From an uncultured Acidobacteriota bacterium (GTDB lineage: Bacteria > Acidobacteriota > JAQAZP01): a stretch of DNA of 64,000 bases. The translations under genes and the position numbers were made by a program. The stretch spans positions 896,001-960,000 of the forward strand of contig CAWIIB010000001.1 in assembly GCA_963836075.1 (NCBI GenBank), read 5' to 3'. Position 1 is the stretch's first letter, and every line of letters begins with the position of its first letter. This document shows, in pieces, positions 9,043 to 23,875 of the stretch. The notes beneath the pieces are model-generated. The model was not told the DNA's origin. It did no database searches and worked only from the letters and a program-made list of their open reading frames with translations.

Positions 9043-11200
9043 GGCCCGAAAAGGCAGTATCTCAGCCCGGCGCACCCCCAGCTCAAGAAAGGACGGCACG
9101 ACCGCCGCCGGCGGACAGGGGGCCCGGCCGGCCGCCGCCCCGCCAACCGACCGCTCCGCCATCCGGTGGCAGATCCTCGCCGCCGCACTGGTGCTGACCA
9201 TGTTTGTGGTGGCCTACAGCGATACCTTGCACCACAGTTTCCAGTTCGACGACTACAACATCATCGTCAACAACGACAAGATCTTCCATCTCGACCTGCC
9301 GACCATCATTTCCAGCAACTACTTCCGCCCGGTGCTCTTTGTCACCTTCGCGCTGAATTACCACTTCGGCGCCGCCGACCCCTTCGGCTACCACCTGGTC
9401 AACCTCGGCCTGCACCTGCTGAACATGGTGCTGGTTTTTTACCTGATCTCCGTGCTGCTCCGCCTGGTCAACCGCGGGGCCGCCCAGCGGGAGGAGGGCT
9501 GGCAGCGGATCCCCCGCTTCTACCCTGCCCTGCTGGGCACGGTGATCTTTGGCCTTCATCCGCTGCAGACCGAATCGGTGACCTATATCGCCTCCCGGTC
9601 CTCGGTGCTCTGCACCAGCTTCGTCCTGCTCACCGTGGCGGCGTTTCTGGCCGCGAGGATCGAAGGGGAGGATGGCCCGCAGCCCCTGGCCCGGCGTGTG
9701 GCCTGGCTGGCGGCGGCAACGGCCAGTTTTGTCCTCGGCGTGGCCACCAAGGAGCTGGGCATCTGCGCCCCGCTGATCCTGCTGCTGCTGGAATTCCTGA
9801 TCTTCTCCCGGGGCGCGGCCCTGGCGGGGAAAGCACGGAATATCGTCCGCTACCACCTGCCCTTCCTGGCCCTGATCACCTTCGGCGCCGGGCTGCGGCT
9901 GGCCTTCATGTTCCGGCTGCACAACCCGGCGGAGTTTCGTTCGCCGTGGCACAACCTGTTGAGCCAGTTCAGGGTGGTGGTCCGCTACATGGTGATGACG
10001 TTCCTGCCGGTGAACCAGAACGTGGACCCCGATGTCCGCACCTCGGAGAGCCTCCTCGAGCCGTCGGTGATCCTCTCCCTGCTGCTGATCCTGCTGGTGC
10101 TGGCCTGTGGCTGGGTGCTCCGCAAACGGTACCCGCTGGCCGCCCTGGGTATCTTCATCTGGTTCACCGCTCTGCTGCCCACCTCATCCATCATCCCCCT
10201 GCGCGACCTGATGGCCGAACACCGGGTCTACCTGCCCATGGTGGGAGCCGCGCTGCTGGCAGCGTCCCTGCCCGGAATGCTGTCCCCCAAGGCGGCACAG
10301 GCCGGCAGGATCGCCCTGGCGGCCACCCTGGTGGCGGGCCTGGGGCTCAGTGTCGCCACCTTCCAGCGAAACAGGGTCTGGCTCTCCGGTCTCACCCTCT
10401 GGGCGGATTCGGTCTCCAAGTCCCCGGAGAAGGAACGGCCGGTGATGCACTACGCCAATGCCATCTCGGCCACGGGACGGCTGCAGGAAGCAAAGCAGCT
10501 CTACGAGAAGGTTCTGGCCCTCAACCCTGAGAACGCCACCGCCCGCTACAACCTGGGCATCATCTACAAGCAGCTGGGCGACTACGACCGCGGCGTTGAG
10601 GAGTGGCGGCACGTGGTGCGGATGGAGCCGGGACACCCCAACGTCCACATCAACATCGGCAACTACTACTTCTCCCGGGGAGAGCTGGAAAAGGCGTTCC
10701 AGGAATTCAAGGCGGAAATCCGGAGAAACCCGCGCAACCCCCTGGGCTATTTCAACCTCGGCAACTACTGGCGCCGTGTCGGGGAGCTGGAACGGGCGGA
10801 AGCCAGCTGGATCAAAGCCCTGTCCTACAAACAGGACCTGGAGGTCTGCCGGCTGCGGCTGGGCACCCTCTATTTCGAGGACAACCGGCTGGGCAAGGCC
10901 CGGCAGCAGTTCGAAGCCGTGCTCCGCTTCAACCCGGGGAGCGCGCCGGCGATGTTCAACCTGGGCCACGTGGCCTACAAGGAAGGACGGGTGGCCGATG
11001 CCGCGTCGCTCTACGAGCGCAGCGCCAACGCCGACAGGAACTTTGCCGACCCGCTAATCAACGCCGGCTCCATCTACCTCAGCGAACTGAACCAGCCAGA
11101 AAAGGGTGCGGCGCTGCTGCGCGAAGCGTTGAAGCGCAATCCCAACCACGCCGCGGCGGAAACCATCCGCCAGACCCTGGCCGGAATGACCGGTCCATAA
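9035..11200 (+). CDS. TMTC-like GT-C membrane glycosyltransferase with C-terminal TPR repeats
   Basis: FQFDD acidic loop, YFRP, HPLQTESVTYIASR, KE, AEHRVYLP, RNRVW, multiple TM helices followed by several TPRs. Confidence 0.85.
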   Translation: MAKARKGSISARRTPSSRKDGTTAAGGQGARPAAAPPTDRSAIRWQILAAALVLTMFVVAYSDTLHHSFQFDDYNIIVNNDKIFHLDLPTIISSNYFRPVLFVTFALNYHFGAADPFGYHLVNLGLHLLNMVLVFYLISVLLRLVNRGAAQREEGWQRIPRFYPALLGTVIFGLHPLQTESVTYIASRSSVLCTSFVLLTVAAFLAARIEGEDGPQPLARRVAWLAAATASFVLGVATKELGICAPLILLLLEFLIFSRGAALAGKARNIVRYHLPFLALITFGAGLRLAFMFRLHNPAEFRSPWHNLLSQFRVVVRYMVMTFLPVNQNVDPDVRTSESLLEPSVILSLLLILLVLACGWVLRKRYPLAALGIFIWFTALLPTSSIIPLRDLMAEHRVYLPMVGAALLAASLPGMLSPKAAQAGRIALAATLVAGLGLSVATFQRNRVWLSGLTLWADSVSKSPEKERPVMHYANAISATGRLQEAKQLYEKVLALNPENATARYNLGIIYKQLGDYDRGVEEWRHVVRMEPGHPNVHINIGNYYFSRGELEKAFQEFKAEIRRNPRNPLGYFNLGNYWRRVGELERAEASWIKALSYKQDLEVCRLRLGTLYFEDNRLGKARQQFEAVLRFNPGSAPAMFNLGHVAYKEGRVADAASLYERSANADRNFADPLINAGSIYLSELNQPEKGAALLREALKRNPNHAAAETIRQTLAGMTGP

Positions 11201-11229
11201 AAAAGCCCGGAGGGTAACCTCCGGGCTTT
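11199..11229. terminator. Bidirectional intrinsic terminator
   Basis: AAAGCCCGGAGG-gtaa-CCTCCGGGCTTT between convergent genes. Confidence 0.85.
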
Positions 11230-11251
11230 CACACTCTCTCCACCCAATCGA

Positions 11252-12442
11252 TCAGTCGAAGTAGACCGTCCAGTGGTCAAAGGAGACCGGCGCGGCCATG
11301 CCGTCGGTCACCGTGGTGGTCTGGGAGAAGTCGGGGGGATTGAGCTCGTGGTAGTCGAAGATCTTCACGGTCTGCGATTCGATCATATACATGCTGTTGA
11401 GCAGCGTATAGGTGTCGTAGTGGTCCTCTTCGGCTTCGCCGGAGCGGTGGGCGTTCTCGATGAACTGCAGGGTGCCGTCGGCGTCCTGCCGCACCCGGGC
11501 CTGCCACCAGTCGCCGGTGGGCTCGTTGAGGTCACGGTCGGAGGTCCAGCCGAAGAGCGCGGTGAGGTTGCCGCCCACGTCGTTGGAGAAGCGGACCCAG
11601 CGGGTCCAGAAGCCGTTGAAGCCGTCCACACCGGGGGCGTCATCCAGCCGGTCGCCCTTGAGCACGCCGGCCACATAGACGCCCGGAGGGGGCACGAGGC
11701 CGTGGGAGAGGGGCTGGCTGGAAGAGCGCAGCATCTTGACGCCTTCACGCTGGGTGTTGGGATTGACGATGATCGCGTTGCGCACGCGGTCGTACATCCG
11801 GCCCAGGCTCTCGTAGGCGATGTGGTCGACGCCCTTGCCCGGCGGGGGCAGCATCGAGCTGGAAGTGGAGCTGCCGAGCACCGGCACGTCGTCGGGGATC
11901 ACGGGATCCAGACGGAATGTGGTGTCGTAGTAAATGTAGGTGACTTCCATGTCCTCGCCGCCGAGCCATTCCACCGTCTTGGTGGTGTAGCCGAAGAGGT
12001 CGTAGCCGGCGCCGTTCCAGTTGTAGTAGGTCCATTCCTGGAACCAGATATCGATGTCGCTGACCCGGTAGTCGTAGGTGTGGTCTTCCTTGCCGGTGAG
12101 GGTCATGCTGCCGTCGTAGATCTCGGTGGTGGTGAAGTAGACACCGCCGATCAGGGTGCGCACGGCCTCGCGCACTTCGGTGGTCACCAGACTCACACCA
12201 TCCCACTCCTCGGTGGTGATGGTGATGGTCTCGTCGCCGGCCGCCGGCATGTCACACTCGGAGACGCAGGTCACCCGCTTCATCAGGGTGCCGCTGGCGT
12301 CGGGCTCCCAGCTCTCTTCCGTGCTGGTGAATCCGCAGGTGCCGAAATTCATCCGCGGGTCGAGGTCATCGGTGGCCCAGGCAGTGGTGGCCAGCAGCAG
12401 CACCAGCAACCCGGTGAACAGGATACTCATGTTTTTCTTCAT
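11252..12442 (-). CDS. Secreted acidic Thr/Tyr/Trp-rich hypothetical protein (396 aa)
   Basis: ATG after GGAGG; signal peptide MKKNMSILF..TAWA; strong GC3 codon bias; no family recognised. Confidence 0.8.
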   Translation of the reverse strand: MKKNMSILFTGLLVLLLATTAWATDDLDPRMNFGTCGFTSTEESWEPDASGTLMKRVTCVSECDMPAAGDETITITTEEWDGVSLVTTEVREAVRTLIGGVYFTTTEIYDGSMTLTGKEDHTYDYRVSDIDIWFQEWTYYNWNGAGYDLFGYTTKTVEWLGGEDMEVTYIYYDTTFRLDPVIPDDVPVLGSSTSSSMLPPPGKGVDHIAYESLGRMYDRVRNAIIVNPNTQREGVKMLRSSSQPLSHGLVPPPGVYVAGVLKGDRLDDAPGVDGFNGFWTRWVRFSNDVGGNLTALFGWTSDRDLNEPTGDWWQARVRQDADGTLQFIENAHRSGEAEEDHYDTYTLLNSMYMIESQTVKIFDYHELNPPDFSQTTTVTDGMAAPVSFDHWTVYFD

Positions 12443-13066
12443 CGATCTGTTTCCTCCAGTTCTTCGGAACGGCCAATCCGATTGTGGCACGATCTCCGTC
12501 ATGGAGATCGTGCGCAGTTCAAAGAGAGTGACGAAACGTCTGCAATGACCGGTTGCAGCCCCTCAGGGGCCAACACAAACTAAAAACTGATGTAGAGCGG
12601 AGTTTTCCTGAGCCCCAGCCAGGGCACGGAAAAACTTTTCCACATTTAAGCGTCCCAGCCTCTCCGTATGGAAACATTTTCCCATCGCCAGTGATGGAAT
12701 ACTGCTCTCCCGTCTGCAGCTGAATAGATAGAACAAACAGCACTGTCCACCGAGGATCAATCAAATTTGGGATACCACAAACATTCAGCACATTCTTCAT
12801 TTTTTGCAAGATACAGTGAATCATGAATTTAGAGACAGTTTTCATGATTATCATTTTCACTGTAAACTTCCCTCTCCTGAACTTTTTCCGTGTATTTCCG
12901 ACAGTTCTTGCTTGTGGCCGCTTGCCCCTTTTCGCTTCATTGCGGTGTTCGGTAGAGGTAAATTTGCAAGTTGTATGCCCACTTCCTGACAGTGGCAGAG
13001 GAAGAACCAGGAAATCCCGTCCGGGATTCAGGACAAGGTGCAGTCATCGGGTTCTGGACGGGAATT

Positions 13067-14443
13067 TCAGCCGTCGGATTCGACCGTGATACCAAACTGG
13101 TCGAGCTTCTTGTAGAGGTTGCTGCGCGGGGTCTGAATGGCCGCGGCGGTGCGGGAGATATTCCAGTCGTTCTCCTTCAGTTTCTCCACCAGGAAGAGCC
13201 GCTCGGTCTTTTCCTTGAAATCCTTCAGTGTGGCAATCCCTGACAGGTCGGGAACCTGGCCGCCGGGCCCGGCTGCGGTAACCTCCCCCGGCAGCAGCGC
13301 GGCATCGATGGAATCACCGGGTGCCATGATCACCATCCGCTCAACCATGTTCCTCAGTTCCCGCACGTTTCCCGGCCAGTGGTAGGCGGCCAGGCGGTCC
13401 AGCGCCTCGTCGGTGAAGGTCCGGGGGCGGTAGTTGTTCTCCCCGCAGAACGATTCCATGAAGTGGGCCACCAGCAGCCTGATATCGCCGACTCCCCGTT
13501 CACGGAGGGACGGGCTGCGGATGGGAACCACGTTGAGCCGGTAATAGAGATCGAGACGGAAGTTGCCCTTCCCGATCTCCTCCTCCAACGCCTTGTTGGT
13601 GGCGGCGATGACCCGCACATCCACTTCCAGCACCCGGCCCGAGCCGATGGGCTCCACCTCGCCCTCCTCCAGCACCCGGAGCACCTTGGCCTGGGTGCGG
13701 AGGCTCATATCCCCGATTTCATCGAGAAAGAGGGTGCCGCCGCTGGCCTGGGAAAACTTGCCTTCGCGCTTCTCGTAGGCACCGGTGAACGAGCCCTTCT
13801 CATGCCCGAACAGCTCGCTTTCGATCAGTTCTTCGGGGATCGCGGCACAGTTGACCTGGATGAAATCTTTGTTCGCCCGCAGGCTGCCGTTGTGGATCGC
13901 CCGGGCGATCAGTTCCTTGCCGGTTCCGCTCTCGCCGGTGATCAGCACGGTAGCCGCGGTGGGTGCGGCGGCGGCGATTTCCTCGTGCAGGCGGTTGATC
14001 TGCTCGCTCTCCCCCACAATCTGGTGCCGCTGTTCGATCTGCCGGCGGAAACCGCGGTTCTCCAGTTCGAGTTTCCGCTGCTCCAGTGCGTTGCGCACCA
14101 CCAGCAGCAGGCGCTCTCGCTCCAGGGGCTTTTCGAGAAAATCGAAGGCCCCCATGCGAGTGGCGTCCACCGCGGTCTGAATGCTGCCGTGCCCGGAGAT
14201 GATGACCACCGGGAAGCCGGTGAGCCCTTCCTTGCGCAGCCGCGAGAGCACCTCCAGCCCGTCCATCCGCGGCATCTTGATGTCCAGGAAGAGAAGGTCG
14301 GGCTCCTCGAGGCGCACCCGGTCCAGGCCCTCCCGCCCCGAGGAGGCGAAAAGGCACTGGTACCCCTCGTATTCCAGGGTCATGGTAATGGCCTGACGGA
14401 TGTCGGGATCGTCGTCGATAACCAGTATCTTCTCGCCGGCCAT
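13067..14443 (-). CDS. sigma54-dependent response regulator (NtrX/NtrC family)
   Basis: REC domain (LDIKMP), GESGTGKE, GSFTGA, WPGNVREL, HTH. Confidence 0.93.
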   Translation of the reverse strand: MAGEKILVIDDDPDIRQAITMTLEYEGYQCLFASSGREGLDRVRLEEPDLLFLDIKMPRMDGLEVLSRLRKEGLTGFPVVIISGHGSIQTAVDATRMGAFDFLEKPLERERLLLVVRNALEQRKLELENRGFRRQIEQRHQIVGESEQINRLHEEIAAAAPTAATVLITGESGTGKELIARAIHNGSLRANKDFIQVNCAAIPEELIESELFGHEKGSFTGAYEKREGKFSQASGGTLFLDEIGDMSLRTQAKVLRVLEEGEVEPIGSGRVLEVDVRVIAATNKALEEEIGKGNFRLDLYYRLNVVPIRSPSLRERGVGDIRLLVAHFMESFCGENNYRPRTFTDEALDRLAAYHWPGNVRELRNMVERMVIMAPGDSIDAALLPGEVTAAGPGGQVPDLSGIATLKDFKEKTERLFLVEKLKENDWNISRTAAAIQTPRSNLYKKLDQFGITVESDG

Positions 14444-14497
14444 GCCCGTCCTCCCTGCCGGCCGGACCGTTGAGCGCCCGGCCGGCTGCGGATCCGG

Positions 14498-16015
14498 TCA
14501 GTCAGTCACCTTGAGGGTCTTGAAGAAGGAGTCCGCGCCACGGTGCACGTAGAGCAGCACCAGGTCGCCCTCCTCGATCTTCTCCAGTTCCTCCTTGTAC
14601 CGCTCCAGGGAATCGATCTTCTCGCGGAAGATCTCGCCGATCACATCACCCTCGCGGAGGTCCGCCTCGCCTGCGGGCGACAGCGGCTTCACCCCCAGCA
14701 CCAGCACGCCGTTTACCGATTCGCCGACGCGGTAGCGCTCGCGCATGGCCGGGTTCAACTGGTGCACGGTGAGGCCCAGGAGGTCCTCCTCCACCCGTGC
14801 CTGTTTTTTCGCCTCCTCGCCGCCGGCCTCCTCGTCACGCTCAGCGAGAATCACTCCCAGCGTCTTTGACTTGCCGTCCCGGAATATCTTCAGGTTCACC
14901 GTCTCACCGGGCGGAATGGAGGAGACCAGGGACACCAGGTCGCTGGAATCGGCCACCGGATTCCCGTTGACCTCCAGGATCACATCACCGTGCTGCAGGC
15001 CGGCCTGGTCGGCAGGCAGGCCTTTGACCACTTCCTGGACGATGGCGCCGTTGCGGCTGGGCAGTTTGAAAAGTTCCTGCATTTCAGGCGTGACCGCGGT
15101 GACCTTGATCCCCAGATATCCCCGGGACACCCGTCCTTTGGCCTTCAGCTGGGGCATGATGTCCCGGGCCACGTTCACCGGCACCGCAAAACCGATGTTC
15201 TGCGCCGCGGCGCTGATCGCGGTGTTGATGCCGATGATCTCGCCCCGGGTGTTGATCAGCGGGCCCCCGCTGTTGCCGAAGTTGATCGCGGCATCGGTCT
15301 GGATAAAGTTGTCCAGGGACACGTCGCGCCCCCCGCCGTCACGGTCGGAAAGATAGGGCAGTTTCCGCCCCAGGGCGCTGACCACGCCCACGGATACGGT
15401 GTGCTTGAAATTGTGGGGGTTGCCGATGGCCATCACCCACTCGCCGATGCGCAGGGCATCCGAATCGCCCAGGGGTGCGAAGGGGAGGTCCCTCTCGGGA
15501 TCGATCTTGATCAGGGCCAGGTCGGTGGGCGGATCGGTGCCCACCACTTCAGCCTTGAGCCGTGTGCCGTCGGCGAACTCCACGGTCACTTTCTCGGCAC
15601 CCTCGATCATGTGGTTGTTGGTCAGGATGTAGCCTTCCTTGTCGATGACCACCCCGGACCCGCGGCCGGTTCTCTCCTGCTCACGCGGCTGCTGCTGTTG
15701 CTCAGGCGACTGGCGGTCGGGGCCGAAGAAAAAGTCCCAGAAGGGATCCCGAAACTGGTTCCGGCCTCCCTCACCGGCCCGGACCACTTCGGTGGACTCG
15801 ATATAGACCACGGCGGGATTGACCCGCTCGGCAATATCGGCAAAATCGGGCATGGAGATCACCGGCACCGCCGCGGCGGTTTCCTGGGGCGGGGCCGAGG
15901 CATGGCTCACCGTGGTCCCTGACATCTGCCCCAGTGCAACACCAAGAAGGATCAGCAAACCGGCCACGGCACCGACACTGAACACTCCCCGCTTTCCAAA
16001 TCGACTGATCATCAT
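14498..16015 (-). CDS. degP: HtrA/DegP family serine protease with two PDZ domains
   Basis: TNNH, TDLALIK, QTDAAINFGNSGGPL. Confidence 0.92.
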   Translation of the reverse strand: MMISRFGKRGVFSVGAVAGLLILLGVALGQMSGTTVSHASAPPQETAAAVPVISMPDFADIAERVNPAVVYIESTEVVRAGEGGRNQFRDPFWDFFFGPDRQSPEQQQQPREQERTGRGSGVVIDKEGYILTNNHMIEGAEKVTVEFADGTRLKAEVVGTDPPTDLALIKIDPERDLPFAPLGDSDALRIGEWVMAIGNPHNFKHTVSVGVVSALGRKLPYLSDRDGGGRDVSLDNFIQTDAAINFGNSGGPLINTRGEIIGINTAISAAAQNIGFAVPVNVARDIMPQLKAKGRVSRGYLGIKVTAVTPEMQELFKLPSRNGAIVQEVVKGLPADQAGLQHGDVILEVNGNPVADSSDLVSLVSSIPPGETVNLKIFRDGKSKTLGVILAERDEEAGGEEAKKQARVEEDLLGLTVHQLNPAMRERYRVGESVNGVLVLGVKPLSPAGEADLREGDVIGEIFREKIDSLERYKEELEKIEEGDLVLLYVHRGADSFFKTLKVTD

Positions 16016-16140
16016 TCACCTCCTGAAGACGGGCCGCTGAAGGCCCGATCTGTGAAATCCGGCAAGGGCCGGAAACCGGCGCAAAATAGCGTCCGTTCCG
16101 GCCACTGAAATCTATTCGTAATTCCGGTATGAAAAGGATA

Positions 16141-16155
16141 TCAAGAATTGTGCCA
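16141..16155 (-). promoter_or_regulatory. Putative sigma54 promoter of degP
   Basis: TGGCAC-AATTC-TTGA on minus strand (one mismatch at -12); AT-rich IHF-like tract ~16192-16204; TGCCA-N3-TGGCA palindrome at 16241-16253. Confidence 0.55.
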
Positions 16156-16314
16156 GGACACCAGAAACTTCTCAACAACATTACTCATTTGTTTTCAATA
16201 ATTTAACATTATTCCCGTTTGCCGCCACCCCTGAAGAATCTGCCAGAATGGCACAGGTGGCCTGAAAAAGTGACAGTTTGGGGCGAGTATCGGGAAAAGG
16301 TCAGAGTGAAAGGA

Positions 16315-19801
<3,487 letters not shown>

Positions 19802-21259
19802 TTACTCGACCAGCGGCCCGGCCAGCGGCAGGGCGATGGTGAACAGGGCTCCGCCGCCGTCCCGCCGGCCGGCGCTGATGGTGCCGCCGTGGGCCTCCAC
19901 AATCCGCTGGGAGATGGCCAGGCCGAGGCCGGTCCCACCCTTCTTGGTGGAATGGAAGATCTGGAAGATGCGTTCGGCCTCCTGGGGTGGGATGCCCCCG
20001 CCGTTGTCGGCCACCGCGATGGCAACCCCGTCCTCTCCGTGCAGCGAAACACTGATTTCCACCGTCCCCTGGTTCTCGGAAACCGCGTCGGCGGCGTTGA
20101 TCATCACGTTGATCAACGCCTGTTTCAGCTGGCCCGCATCAGCACTGAACCGGGGCAGTTCCCGGTCAACCCGGCGGACCAGCGACACGCCGCGGCGACG
20201 GAAGTCGGCCTCGAGGAAATCCGCGACCTCGTTGACCAGCGCCGCCGGATCGAGGCTCTCCGGCCGCAGCTGCTGGGGTCGGGCATAGGCCAGGAAGTCG
20301 GAAACCAGGCGTTCCAGGCGCATGATCTCCCGCCGGTTGATCTCCAGCAGATCGATGTACTCCTGCTTCCGCTCCGAATCCTCAGGGGTGTCCTCCAGCT
20401 CCTCCTGGAGCATCTGCACGTTCATGTTCATCGCGTTGAGCGGGTTGCGGATCTCGTGGGCCAACCCCCCGGCCAGGGTGCCCACATAGGCCAGACGATC
20501 GGCCATCTGCGCCTCGGCCTCCAGCTGCCGGGTCCGGTTGAGCATCCGCAGCACGTAGAGAAAACCGACCATCAGAAAGAGCAGGCTCAGCCCGGCACCG
20601 ATGAAGACGTTGGTGATCAGGGACCGGCGCAACCGGGTGACCCGCTCGTCCAGCCGGGTCTCCGGCACCAGCAGGTGCACCGCGGCGGCCGGGTTTCCGG
20701 ACTGATCGGACACCGGGACAACAATGTCATAGACCTGCTCCTCGTCATGTTCCACCACCAGTTCGCCCCTGGGGAACAGGACGGCGCCCCCGCTCCCCTC
20801 CGGCTGCCCGGTGGCCGGGGGCCGGAAGACGATGCTTTTTCCCCGCAGGGAGCGGTTCTGGTAGATAACCTCACCGTCCTGGTCGGTGACCACCACGTAG
20901 GAGACCATCTGCCGGCCGGCCAGTTCGTTATCCACGTAGGTGTCGAGCACCTTGTACAGCTCGCGGACGTGAAAGACCCCGCCGGCGATGCCGGGAGGGA
21001 AGAGCTGGCCGTCCACCGGCAGGTCCTGCAGGCTGCGGGCCAGCCGGCTGGCGCCCTGGCGGGAGCTCTCCAGGGCCTCGGTGATCACGCTCTGGCTCAG
21101 GTAACGGAAAACGAGAAAACCCACCACCCCGATATTGGCCAGCAGCAGGAGGGCGAAGAGCAGCGACGAGGCCACCAGGCGGCGCCGGTAAGCCGGCCTC
21201 GAACGTACCGGCGGTTCGCCGGAGCATCGTGTGAACTCGCTGCCGTTGATTTCAGTCAC
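19802..21259 (-). CDS. Membrane sensor histidine kinase (NtrB-like)
   Basis: Two TM helices, GLAHEIRNPL H-box, N box, DNGGGI, GTGLGL; GTG start after GGAGAGGAG. Confidence 0.92.
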   Translation of the reverse strand: MTEINGSEFTRCSGEPPVRSRPAYRRRLVASSLLFALLLLANIGVVGFLVFRYLSQSVITEALESSRQGASRLARSLQDLPVDGQLFPPGIAGGVFHVRELYKVLDTYVDNELAGRQMVSYVVVTDQDGEVIYQNRSLRGKSIVFRPPATGQPEGSGGAVLFPRGELVVEHDEEQVYDIVVPVSDQSGNPAAAVHLLVPETRLDERVTRLRRSLITNVFIGAGLSLLFLMVGFLYVLRMLNRTRQLEAEAQMADRLAYVGTLAGGLAHEIRNPLNAMNMNVQMLQEELEDTPEDSERKQEYIDLLEINRREIMRLERLVSDFLAYARPQQLRPESLDPAALVNEVADFLEADFRRRGVSLVRRVDRELPRFSADAGQLKQALINVMINAADAVSENQGTVEISVSLHGEDGVAIAVADNGGGIPPQEAERIFQIFHSTKKGGTGLGLAISQRIVEAHGGTISAGRRDGGGALFTIALPLAGPLVE

Positions 21260-21335
21260 CTGCGGCTCCTCTCCATTCGGTCCCCTGTCGAAATTGTAGC
21301 AGGGCAATGGAGGCAGTCAAGGAGAGCTCCCGGGT

Positions 21336-21397
21336 GGGGACGTACATGAATATATGAATTTTTTCCTGGAAATAGTCATATATTCATGTACGTCCCC
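21336..21397. repeat. 62-bp palindromic element with 22-bp perfect arms (REP/MITE-like)
   Basis: GGGGACGTACATGAATATATGA ... TCATATATTCATGTACGTCCCC. Confidence 0.8.
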
Positions 21398-21398
21398 G

Positions 21399-21434
21399 AA
21401 AAAAGAAAAACCCCGCCCCCCGAAGGGGACGGGG
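21399..21434 (-). terminator. groEL intrinsic terminator
   Basis: GC hairpin CCCCGTCCCC-ttcg-GGGGGCGGGG followed by U-tract on minus strand. Confidence 0.8.
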
Positions 21435-21461
21435 TATGAAAATCAGAAGCAGGGCCGGGGC

Positions 21462-23484
<2,023 letters not shown>

Positions 23485-23614
23485 CCTGCTTCTCCTCTTT
23501 CTGAATGCTGGTTATCGATCTGTGCCTCGGCACAGGGTTAACTGGCGTATTCGTAACCCGGACTCCTCAAGGCCCGCAATTCTAGAAAGAAAGGCGGACC
23601 TTGGGCAGTCAGGG

Positions 23615-23641
23615 TTAGCACTCCGCCCCGGGGAGTGCTAA
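23615..23641. promoter_or_regulatory. CIRCE operator (HrcA binding site)
   Basis: Perfect TTAGCACTC-N9-GAGTGCTAA upstream of groES. Confidence 0.97.
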
Positions 23642-23669
23642 TCTTAAGATCGCGCCCCAGACCTGTCAA
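23641..23669 (-). promoter_or_regulatory. sigma70 promoter of groESL
   Basis: TTGACA-N17-TAAGAT abutting CIRCE. Confidence 0.8.
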
Positions 23670-23875
23670 GTAAAAATCACCAAAAAAAGTACCTGAATCC
23701 AGATTTCTGCAAAAACCTGACAATCAGGCACTAAGATATTTAGCAATGCCAATTATTTGTTACGTTTAGATGGAAAAGCGGCATCAGGTTCTCGGAGTGT
23801 TGTATCCAAGCGACGTTGGAGCGCTTCGCGAACGGAGCGAAGGTGATCATCGCCTGACCTGATCCCGTCCACTCA

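Noticed and set aside
12485-12500. TGGCACG as sigma54 promoter
   Set aside because: No -12 TTGC element, wrong orientation for the adjacent gene, and part of a hairpin
12519-13089. Short ORFs in the AT-rich gap
   Set aside because: No RBS, atypical codon usage, mutually overlapping
23781-23865. Possible tRNA
   Set aside because: No TTCRA T-loop, D-loop or anticodon geometry; kept only as a generic structure
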